32,000 nucleotides of DNA from contig CP002278.1 of NCBI GenBank assembly GCA_000166095.1, positions 480,001-512,000 of the forward strand, read 5' to 3'. The notes below the pieces were generated by a model, which was not told the DNA's origin, searched no databases, and saw nothing but the letters and a program-made list of their open reading frames with translations. The number at the start of each line of letters is the position of its first letter. Positions within the stretch are counted from its first letter, which is position 1. This DNA is from Methanothermus fervidus DSM 2088. GTDB taxonomy: Archaea; Methanobacteriota; Methanobacteria; DSM-2088; Methanothermaceae. A program made the translations under genes and the position numbers. This document shows, one piece after another, positions 12,152-20,340 of the stretch.

Positions 12152-13233
12152 ACAGATTCTGGAATTAATAATGATAGATTTTTTTTGATAACTTCTTTAA
12201 ATAACTTTGAATATTTGTCCATATCACCATATTTAGATAATAATTCCTCAATATTATTTTCTTTAATTTTCCTGAATAGGTAATCTAGTTGTTTATCATT
12301 CATTAAACTTAAAATTTTTTTGATTAATAATTGTATTCTAAGTTCTTTACCATATTTTTTGTAATATTCTTCATGATATTTCTTTAATATTTTAGGATTA
12401 TTTTCTTCAATGGCTTCTTTAAGTACTTCTGTAGCTATTTTTGCAGCTGAAAAACCCAATATTAATCCACCATAAGTTGTTGGTTTCACTTGTGATGCTG
12501 CATCTCCAATTAATATTGTTCTACCATTGTATATTTTTTTAAATTCTGGAACAGGTACAAACCCTCTGTATTTTTCTAACACGCCTTTCACCTTATATTT
12601 ATCCATTATTCTGTATAGATCTTTTTTATTTCCTGACAATAATCCTATTCTTGCCAATTTTTTTGATAAAGGTATCATCCATGCAAATCCTGGGAGTAAT
12701 TTAGAAAATAAATGTATTTCCACACAATCTTTCTCGATATTATCGATTTCAACTAAATATTGAATGGCAGGGATTAGTTTTGAAACAGCCTTAGAATTAT
12801 ACCCACTTGCATCAACTACGAACTTTGCTTTCACAATTTTGTTTTTTACATATACTTTGGCATCATCATGATTTATTTTTTCTACTTTATGTCCCAAAAA
12901 TACATCAACACCATTTTCAATGGCTTTGTTCAACAAATATTGATCATATTTTACTCTATCTATCACATATCCAACATAATCTTCTTTAGAAACATTTATA
13001 GATATATTAGATGGTGAATATGCTCTGGCTTTCCTAACCTTATTTATTATAACATTTTCAGGTAGGGGATTTAATTTTGATATTTTTCTTGATACTAATC
13101 CAGCACATTGGAGTGGAAGACCTACTTGTTTTTTCTTTTCATATATACAAACATTAAACCCTTCTTCGGCTAAAAATCTAGCAACTGTAGAACCTATAGG
13201 TCCAGCTCCAATTACAATGACATCATATTTCAT
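12124..13233 (-). CDS. Geranylgeranyl reductase family FAD-dependent protein
   Basis: MKYDVIVIGAGPIGSTVARFLAEEGFNVCIYEKKKQVGLPLQCAGLVS; ILIGDAASQVKPTTYGGLILGF (GD motif of the GGR family). Confidence 0.9.
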   Translation of the reverse strand: MKYDVIVIGAGPIGSTVARFLAEEGFNVCIYEKKKQVGLPLQCAGLVSRKISKLNPLPENVIINKVRKARAYSPSNISINVSKEDYVGYVIDRVKYDQYLLNKAIENGVDVFLGHKVEKINHDDAKVYVKNKIVKAKFVVDASGYNSKAVSKLIPAIQYLVEIDNIEKDCVEIHLFSKLLPGFAWMIPLSKKLARIGLLSGNKKDLYRIMDKYKVKGVLEKYRGFVPVPEFKKIYNGRTILIGDAASQVKPTTYGGLILGFSAAKIATEVLKEAIEENNPKILKKYHEEYYKKYGKELRIQLLIKKILSLMNDKQLDYLFRKIKENNIEELLSKYGDMDKYSKLFKEVIKKNLSLLIPESVWQRTWNFF

Positions 13234-13244
13234 TTTTACCAGCC

Positions 13245-13739
13245 TTATTTTTTTGATTCATAAGATGATATCAGTTGATTTATCTTTTCCTCAAATTCTT
13301 CTGGTCTTGGAATTTTTCTCAAAATAAGTGGTGCAATATCATGGCCACCTCTAATCTCCATGTCACCTACGTTGAACATCCTATCAATTATTCCTTGATG
13401 TATTGTTATATCCACTATTTTAGGATAATGTATGTAGGCCCTCTCTTTTCTAAGAAAACCACTCTCAACTATCAATCTATGATCTGTTAGTATATAGTTT
13501 GTGAATTTCCAAGATAGGAAATCCAAGAATATTGATAATATAAGAATAATACCAATGAATGCGAAAATATAAGTCAGCAATGTTATTAGAGGTAGAGGTA
13601 TTAGTGTTTTCTCAATGTCATAAAGAAAATTCATAGCTAATGGAAATAAATATATTAAAATTAAAAGGAATATCAATTTCACTGGTAAATTTGTGTAAAG
13701 TATTATATTTGGACGTGTTTTATAAACAATATTCTCCAT
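13245..13739 (-). CDS. PH domain-containing (bPH2/YdbS-like) membrane protein
   Basis: Two N-terminal hydrophobic segments, then YILTDHRLIVESGFLRKERAYIHYPKIVDITIHQGIIDRMFNVGDMEIRGG. ATG at 13739 is preceded by GGTGAT. Confidence 0.8.
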   Translation of the reverse strand: MENIVYKTRPNIILYTNLPVKLIFLLILIYLFPLAMNFLYDIEKTLIPLPLITLLTYIFAFIGIILILSIFLDFLSWKFTNYILTDHRLIVESGFLRKERAYIHYPKIVDITIHQGIIDRMFNVGDMEIRGGHDIAPLILRKIPRPEEFEEKINQLISSYESKK

Positions 13740-13760
13740 TGTTATCACCGGTGTCTACTT

Positions 13761-14492
13761 ATGATCCATGAAAATATAAGGATAGAAGAGACAAACATAA
13801 ATTTGATTACAGACATTGTTAATCATAATTTATATTCTTTTATTATATCTCAAAGAACAAAACTTAAAAACTACATTTATAGAAATCCGTATTTTTTAAT
13901 TTCCTTTGAACCTGTTTCTATAGATGATTCGTCGCCAAAAATTGTTAAATTGATGGCAAAGGCTAGTAGGAAGGCAGGAGTAGGCCCAATGGCCTCTGTT
14001 GCTGGAACTATTTCACAACTCTCATTGGAATATCTAATTAGGAAAGGCTCTAGGCAAAGTATTGTAGATAATGGTGGTGATATAAGTTTAATAAATAAAA
14101 GGAAAAAGGTTATTGTAGGTCTTTATGCTGGAGATTCACCATTTTCAGGTAAAATAGGGTTCAAAATTAAAAAAAATAAAAAACCTTTGGGAATATGTAC
14201 ATCTTCAGGAACTGTAGGTCATTCAATAAGTTTTGGTAGAGCAGATGCAGTAACTGTTTTTGCAGAAAATGCTAGTGTTGCAGATGCAATTGCAACTTCA
14301 ATAGGAAATTATGCAACAGGTAAAAAAGATGATGAAGCTTTACAGAATGCACTAGATAGAGCAGATGACCTTAAGGAACATTTTAAAGGTGTTTTGATAA
14401 TTGTGGGTGAACATGCAGGCGTAGTTGGTAAAATACCTAAACTAGTCGCTACAAATAAAAAGGTTGTCTTAAGTGAATTATGGGAAATATAA
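13761..14492 (+). CDS. UPF0280 family protein (ApbE-like fold)
   Basis: RNPYFLISFEPV, MAKASRKAGVGPMASVAGTIS, IVDNGGDISL and GICTSSGTVGHSISFGRADAVTVFAENASVADAIATSIGN. Confidence 0.9.
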   Translation: MIHENIRIEETNINLITDIVNHNLYSFIISQRTKLKNYIYRNPYFLISFEPVSIDDSSPKIVKLMAKASRKAGVGPMASVAGTISQLSLEYLIRKGSRQSIVDNGGDISLINKRKKVIVGLYAGDSPFSGKIGFKIKKNKKPLGICTSSGTVGHSISFGRADAVTVFAENASVADAIATSIGNYATGKKDDEALQNALDRADDLKEHFKGVLIIVGEHAGVVGKIPKLVATNKKVVLSELWEI

Positions 14493-14554
14493 GCCTCAGA
14501 TCGCCCATCATTCATCACAATTCACTCAGAGCTCATAGGGATCATCATAGGGCT
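14492..14554 (-). ncRNA. Box C/D guide sRNA (2'-O-methylation guide)
   Basis: Minus-strand 5'-AGCCCT-ATGATGA(C)-tccctatgagct-CTGA(D')-gtgaatt-GTGATGA(C')-atgatgggcgat-CTGA(D)-GGCT-3'. Both guides are exactly 12 nt and a 4-bp AGCC/GGCU terminal stem is present. Boxes: C 14542-14548, D' 14526-14529, C' 14512-14518, D 14496-14499. Confidence 0.9.
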
Positions 14555-14566
14555 AAAAGTAATTGT

Positions 14567-15799
14567 TTATCCAAACATCACTCCAGTTTCTTTTCTGAAA
14601 TCCTCTTTTCTTTCGACAGTTAAAATCTTATCAATAGCTTTAATGAAGTCACTCATGGTTACTTCTTCTCTTCCATCTCTAATTGCAAACATTCCTGCTT
14701 CAGTACAAATAGCCTTTATATCTGCACCTGATGAACCTTCAGTCATCTTAGCTAATGATGATATATCAACATCGTCAGCTAAAGACATGTCTTTTGTATG
14801 AATCTTTAATATCTCTTTTCTACCTTCCTCATCTGGTAGAGGTACTTCTATTAATCTGTCAAATCTTCCGGGTCTTAGTAGTGCAGGATCTAAAATATCT
14901 GGTCTATTTGTAGCTGCAATTATACCAACATTTCCTCTTGATTCAAAGCCATCAAGTTCTGCTAATAGCTGCATTAAGGTCCTCTGAACTTCTCTATCAC
15001 CAGATGTGGAGCTTCTTAATCTTCTGGCAGCTACAGCATCTATTTCATCTATGAAAATTATACTTGGTGACTTTTCTTTAGCTAACTCAAAAACTTCTCT
15101 TACTAATCTTGCTCCTTCTCCAATATATTTCCTGACAAATTCTGAAGCAACCACTTTTATGAATGTTGCATTTGTTTCATGGGCAACAGCCTTTGCTAGC
15201 AATGTTTTTCCAGTTCCAGGTGGTCCATATAGGAGTACACCTTTTGGAGGTTCTATACCTACTTTTTCAAATAGTTCTGGTTTTTTAAGTGGTAATTCCA
15301 CTGTTTCTCTAACTTCCCTAATTTGTTTTTTCAATCCGCCAATTTGATCATATCCAACTTCTGGTCTCTTTTCAACTTCCATTCCAACAACTGCAGGATC
15401 TTTCTCACTTGGTAGAACATCTACTATGTTAAATGTTTGTTGATTAAGGGCAACTCTTGTTCCAGGTTCTATTTTTTTACCATCTAAATTTTTTGGACGA
15501 TTAACAACAAAATATGGTCCTGTACTACTTTTCACTGCCACTCTTTCGTCGTCCAATATTTCAGTGACAGTGCCTATTACTAATGGCGGTGTCCTAAGTC
15601 TTTCAATTTCACTTCTCAATGACCTAACTTCTCTGTCCAGTCTCATTTTTTCGTTTTCTATTAATAATTTATCCTTCTCTAGTTTCCTGATTTTCCACAT
15701 TAAATTCCTTTTGATTCGTTTATTCTCCTCTCTGAGCATCCTTATTTCTTTTTTAAGATTTTCAATTCTTTTGAATAATTGTGCAGGAGAATCTCGCAT
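14567..15799 (-). CDS. pan: Proteasome-activating nucleotidase (PAN) AAA ATPase
   Basis: N-terminal coiled coil, OB-domain region, Walker A GPPGTGKT, Walker [15 protein letters not shown], second region of homology [20 protein letters not shown]; 410 aa. Confidence 0.96.
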   Translation of the reverse strand: MRDSPAQLFKRIENLKKEIRMLREENKRIKRNLMWKIRKLEKDKLLIENEKMRLDREVRSLRSEIERLRTPPLVIGTVTEILDDERVAVKSSTGPYFVVNRPKNLDGKKIEPGTRVALNQQTFNIVDVLPSEKDPAVVGMEVEKRPEVGYDQIGGLKKQIREVRETVELPLKKPELFEKVGIEPPKGVLLYGPPGTGKTLLAKAVAHETNATFIKVVASEFVRKYIGEGARLVREVFELAKEKSPSIIFIDEIDAVAARRLRSSTSGDREVQRTLMQLLAELDGFESRGNVGIIAATNRPDILDPALLRPGRFDRLIEVPLPDEEGRKEILKIHTKDMSLADDVDISSLAKMTEGSSGADIKAICTEAGMFAIRDGREEVTMSDFIKAIDKILTVERKEDFRKETGVMFG

Positions 15800-15999
15800 A
15801 ATTCTTTAACACTCCTATTAAAATTATCTATACATATTTTTTGTTTCACTAATATTTAAACTTTAATTCAATTTGTTCTATCTTTATACACAGATCTTTA
15901 CAATATGGGAAAATAAAAATTTTTAACTAAAAAACATGAATAGCAAATATAAAAAATTCATATTTTAAAAAATAAAAGCTAATTTAAAAAGGTGTGAAA

Positions 16000-18441
16000 A
16001 TGAGTAATTTGAAAATAAATGTATCAAAATATCTCCTAATAATTCTAATGATAGCATTTTTCACAAGATTGATTCCAAGCAAGCTTACAATACTTGTAGG
16101 CAATGATGCTTATGTTCACAAGGATATTGTTATAAGATTAGCAAATGAAGGATTAGGAATTTTGTCATGGAACCTGAAATCTATAACAGGAATAAGTCAA
16201 TATGGTTATCCTGTTCTTTTCCACCTTCTTTCTTTAGCAATTTATAAAATTTTTCAAACAAAACTAGTATTTTTCTTAATACCTCCTGTTTTAAGTATTT
16301 TCACAATATTTATATTTTATAAAATGGCATGTGAAATTTTCAATAATAAAAAGATAGGACTTGCATCTACATTTTTATTTGCTTTTGCTCCATCCTATTT
16401 TGTAAGGACGTCTATATTCATACCAGAATCTTTAGGACTTTTCTTCTTTATTTCTATACTTTATTTACTTGTAAAGTATATAAAATCCATAGAAGGGCAT
16501 GAGAATTTAAAAAATTTTGAATTAAGAAACTTTTTTAAAATATTTACAGGAGAAAAAAAAATTATAGTTGCAGCAATAGCATTGTTTATATTATATGTTT
16601 TTACACATAGAGGGTGGGTATTCCTCCTTCTTACTTTACTTCTTTTACTCCTGGTTTTCTTATTACCATCAATTAAAAAAGAACCAAAATTATTGCCTAT
16701 AATTGTCATATTATTAGCTTTATTTGGTTTTATATTTATTAAAAATGCAGAAAGGTTACAAACACAAACTGTAGCATTTTTAGGGTTTTTCAAATGGTTA
16801 GGTGCCATTCAATTAGTTTTAGGCGTATATGCAATTTTTAAATATTTTAAATCTAATAATCCAATTTATAAATTTATAGTTTTGTGGGCAATATTATTTA
16901 TTTTTGCTGGTGCATATTCCTTTAGATTTAGGGATCCATATTTAGCAATTCCTATATGTATTTTGGCAGGTCCTATACTATTAAAATTTATAAATACTAT
17001 AAAATCCTTCAAAATAAATAAAAAATTGAAACCATTTGTTTTATTATTGCTTTTATCAATAGTTGTTTTACAAGGCGTTGCTGTATCTTATTCAAGTGTC
17101 GCAAAACCAACAGAAAGGCATTTAGCTGCTTTCAATTTTATAAAAGACAACACGCCAAAAAATTCAATTTTCCTTGCTAGTAGGGACGATGCATATTTAC
17201 TAGTAGGTGAGACTGAAAGAAAAGATATTATTTTACAAAAAAGTGTGTATCAAGGGTTATTTGATAAACCACCTTCACTTAATGAGGTACGTACTGTCCA
17301 AAACGATGTTAATGAAATGCTAAATTCTCCATTATTAAATGAAGTTTATTTCCTGTTAGAGAAATATAATGTTACATATATATATTTAGCTAAAGGAACT
17401 TACAATAATTCAACGTTAAGTAAATATATGGCATTTGATCCACATTTTAAACCATTATTCATCTCCAGAGATGCAATAGTTTATCAATATGTGGCAGAAC
17501 CGAAACTAACAAGAAAAGAAAAATTAAACATCAATGAAAAAAGCATAAAATTTATTGAAGAATTTTGGAATGGATATTCATATTCTGATACAATAGGTAC
17601 TTCTCTATACAATGACACATTGGATATCGAGTTTAGAGATGTTTTTCCAGGAAGTCCTGACTTGAATGCTATGATTTCTCTACTCTACAATAATCTCTCT
17701 GAAAAATACCCCGAGTTAAAAACAAGGTCAGAATATATAATAGATTGGTTAGCTTGTAAGCAATTAGATAATGGATCTTTTGTTGGTGGGACAAGTCCAC
17801 CAGAAGAATATACGCTTACAACTATGAGTACAATATATCCTCTACTTCAATTTAATTCTGGGAATGAGAAACATAGGATAATAGTTAAAAAAGGAATTGA
17901 ATATGTTGAGTCCCAGACATCGAAGGATTCTATTCAGGTTTCGAACTTTTATGAAAATTCCAATGATTATTTAAGTTTAAAAACAGATTCTCAAGTTAGT
18001 GGCATGTATCCAAAAAATAAAAAGGGAATTATCGAGAAAGTAATATCAAAACAAAGAGAAGATGGCTCATGGTATGATGAAACATATAAAAACATTGGAA
18101 TTTTAAAAGGTTTATGTCTCTACTATAATTATACGAAAGATCCTAGGGTGTTAGATAGTATAAAAAAAGGTGCTAAATGGCTTAAATCACATCAAACAAA
18201 CTTTGGTAAATTTAAAGATGATGGTAATCCAGAATATTGTATAAGTCAATATGCAGATGCCTGCATTGTATACCATGTTGCAGGCGATGAAAGTTCAATG
18301 AAAAAAACATTGAATTATATATTTTCAAAGAAAATAGAAGATGATCCAACACCTCTAAGATCCTATCTAACTTTAATTTATGATCTTAGCATGATTTATG
18401 GTAATGAAAAAGCATTGAATTTAGCAGAAAGAATAATATGA
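16000..18441 (+). CDS. GT-C/STT3-like polytopic membrane protein fused to a C-terminal alpha/alpha-toroid (prenyltransferase/terpene cyclase-like) domain
   Basis: N-terminal half has multiple TM segments with acidic motif GNDAYVHKD after TM1 and AFNFIKDNTPKNSIFLAS before the soluble part. C-terminal part has QW-like repeats KQLDNGSF and KQREDGSWYDE. GTG 15994 is possible; ATG 16000 fits the GGTG SD better. Confidence 0.75.
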   Translation: MSNLKINVSKYLLIILMIAFFTRLIPSKLTILVGNDAYVHKDIVIRLANEGLGILSWNLKSITGISQYGYPVLFHLLSLAIYKIFQTKLVFFLIPPVLSIFTIFIFYKMACEIFNNKKIGLASTFLFAFAPSYFVRTSIFIPESLGLFFFISILYLLVKYIKSIEGHENLKNFELRNFFKIFTGEKKIIVAAIALFILYVFTHRGWVFLLLTLLLLLLVFLLPSIKKEPKLLPIIVILLALFGFIFIKNAERLQTQTVAFLGFFKWLGAIQLVLGVYAIFKYFKSNNPIYKFIVLWAILFIFAGAYSFRFRDPYLAIPICILAGPILLKFINTIKSFKINKKLKPFVLLLLLSIVVLQGVAVSYSSVAKPTERHLAAFNFIKDNTPKNSIFLASRDDAYLLVGETERKDIILQKSVYQGLFDKPPSLNEVRTVQNDVNEMLNSPLLNEVYFLLEKYNVTYIYLAKGTYNNSTLSKYMAFDPHFKPLFISRDAIVYQYVAEPKLTRKEKLNINEKSIKFIEEFWNGYSYSDTIGTSLYNDTLDIEFRDVFPGSPDLNAMISLLYNNLSEKYPELKTRSEYIIDWLACKQLDNGSFVGGTSPPEEYTLTTMSTIYPLLQFNSGNEKHRIIVKKGIEYVESQTSKDSIQVSNFYENSNDYLSLKTDSQVSGMYPKNKKGIIEKVISKQREDGSWYDETYKNIGILKGLCLYYNYTKDPRVLDSIKKGAKWLKSHQTNFGKFKDDGNPEYCISQYADACIVYHVAGDESSMKKTLNYIFSKKIEDDPTPLRSYLTLIYDLSMIYGNEKALNLAERII

Positions 18442-18962
18442 TAAGTCTTGCAAAATACAGAGATAAATACTTTGCTGTCAGTACTTTAAGTGGTAAAGTT
18501 GTATCAAGTAGTTTAGGAAGAAAAAGGCCTGAATTAGCAATTAAAGACCTTAAAATAATTGTTGGTAATTTTTCTGAAGATAATTCTATCGCAATTAAAT
18601 TAGGAGAAGCTTATTATGGTAAAAAAGTTAAATTTAAAATTTTAAATTTAACAACTGGCTTTCAAAGGAAAGTTTTAGAAAAAGTTTCAGAAATACCGTA
18701 TGGACATGTAACGACATATAAAGACATTGCAAATTCACTTGAAACTAAAGCTTATCGTGCTATTGGCAATGCCCTCAGCCATAATCCTTTACCAATAGTC
18801 ATTCCATGTCATAGAGTTGTAAGGAGTGATCACAAAGTAGGAGGATATCGTGGTGGAACCAGAATGAAAGAAGAAATACTTAAGAATGAAGGTATTAAAA
18901 TAAAAAACCATAGGATTTTAAATTTTAAAAAACATTATGTGGAACTCTGTGTTAGGCAATAG
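18438..18962 (+). CDS. ogt: Methylated-DNA--[protein]-cysteine S-methyltransferase
   Basis: TGFQRKVLEKVSEIPYGHVTTYKDIA...RAIGNALSHNPLPIVIPCHRVV (PCHRV active site)...VGGYRGG. 4-nt ATGA overlap with the preceding gene. Confidence 0.95.
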   Translation: MISLAKYRDKYFAVSTLSGKVVSSSLGRKRPELAIKDLKIIVGNFSEDNSIAIKLGEAYYGKKVKFKILNLTTGFQRKVLEKVSEIPYGHVTTYKDIANSLETKAYRAIGNALSHNPLPIVIPCHRVVRSDHKVGGYRGGTRMKEEILKNEGIKIKNHRILNFKKHYVELCVRQ

Positions 18963-20319
18963 CTTTCTTTTCTAGAAAATCTGGCAATTCTGAGGAATCT
19001 CTTGGACCAACCACAACTTTCCAACCAGTTTCATCTTCAATTTCACCACTAACTGATGCTGCAAGCCCTGGAATTATTAAAGTTCTATGTTTGACCTTTT
19101 CTTCTATCCCTGTTTCTTTGATTAAATCTGCTACTGCTTTTCCATTAAATTGACCTCCAGCCACCGAAACATCTACAGCTTTACCTCCAGTATCAAGTAC
19201 TAACAAATAGCAATTAGCTTTACCTGATTTTAAGTCACCTTCAACAGTATAATATGTTAATGAAAAATTAGTTGTTATAATCACTGGTGAATTTTCGTCT
19301 ACTTTACCAAACTCATATAAACCAGGATCTACAGCTTGAGGCTTTCTTGGGTCTGTGTAAATAGATTGTCTAAGTGTTAATACAGGTAACAATTCCCAAA
19401 CTTCTGTGCCTCGTAGTATTAGTATATCAGCATATCTGTTGATTAGTGCAGCGGCTACCATGGCTTCTCTTATACCTTTCTCAATCTCATCAGCGCTGTA
19501 CATTCTTGCTAATGCAGGTACACCCATAATTGGAAATCTGAAATCATCATCCTTTTCTTCTATAGCTAATCTCCTTATCATTGTAAAATTATCCAGAGTA
19601 TCGCCTATTGCTTCACCAACCAATGTACCTGGATCTAGAATAATATCTTCAACTCCTAAATTTCTAAGTTTACGTGAAAGTTCTTTCATTTTTTCTAAAT
19701 CTGATTGTACAAATAATACTAAAGGACAATCATATTTTTTAGCTAATTCTGCCATTTCATCTATATTTTCTTCTGTTGCAGCATAAATTATCGGTCTTTC
19801 ATCCCCAACAACTTTAAGTGCAGCCTCCATTGACTTTGAGTTGAATGAGCAAAGAATTAATGGATATTTTGAATTTTTCAATTTTTCTGCGGCCTTAGCA
19901 AATTTTTCAGGATCATTTGATTTATTCCTTAATGCAATTGCATCTAATGTTAATTTTTCTCCAGTCCTTTCTATTTCAAATTTTTCTAATCTTTTTACCT
20001 TTTCCATAAAATTTTCTTCATCAGTAACATCGATAGCTAAAGCCGTTGGGTTATAAAAAGTTAGTTGATACCTATAGAGAACCTCATCGCCACCAATAGT
20101 AACCTTTTTCTTTCCTTTGCCAAATGTTATTTCTTTTACAGCAGGTGCTAAAAGTTCTTCAAGTTTCTCTTTTTCAGCCCCTGACAACAATGGACAATCT
20201 TCTATTTTTTTCTTTTTTTCCAATAATTTTGTTGCAAATGCCATACAAGATGATTCTCCACAACGACCACAATTAGTTTTTGGAAGTAACTTATAAATAT
20301 CCATCGCTGTAAGTTCCAT
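18952..20319 (-). CDS. cdhE: Acetyl-CoA decarbonylase/synthase gamma subunit (corrinoid iron-sulfur protein large subunit)
   Basis: N-terminal 4Fe-4S motif TNCGRCGESSCMAFA; DPGTL, GVPALARM and AVADLIKETG. ATG 20319 has upstream GGAGG. Confidence 0.96.
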   Translation of the reverse strand: MELTAMDIYKLLPKTNCGRCGESSCMAFATKLLEKKKKIEDCPLLSGAEKEKLEELLAPAVKEITFGKGKKKVTIGGDEVLYRYQLTFYNPTALAIDVTDEENFMEKVKRLEKFEIERTGEKLTLDAIALRNKSNDPEKFAKAAEKLKNSKYPLILCSFNSKSMEAALKVVGDERPIIYAATEENIDEMAELAKKYDCPLVLFVQSDLEKMKELSRKLRNLGVEDIILDPGTLVGEAIGDTLDNFTMIRRLAIEEKDDDFRFPIMGVPALARMYSADEIEKGIREAMVAAALINRYADILILRGTEVWELLPVLTLRQSIYTDPRKPQAVDPGLYEFGKVDENSPVIITTNFSLTYYTVEGDLKSGKANCYLLVLDTGGKAVDVSVAGGQFNGKAVADLIKETGIEEKVKHRTLIIPGLAASVSGEIEDETGWKVVVGPRDSSELPDFLEKKAIA

Positions 20320-20340
20320 AACTATTGCCTCCAATAGCAG

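Noticed and set aside
9267-12989. Plus-strand ORFs (9267..9653, 10618..11130, 11664..11969, 11962..12168, 12527..12763, 12807..12989)
   Set aside because: Shadow ORFs opposite cgi121, cimA/leuA, trmG10 and the GGR gene.
15800-15993. Possible structured RNA in the ~190-nt gap between pan and the GT-C gene
   Set aside because: Very AT-rich with promoter-like TTTAAATA elements, and no convincing paired stems, C/D or H/ACA boxes, or tRNA-like arms.
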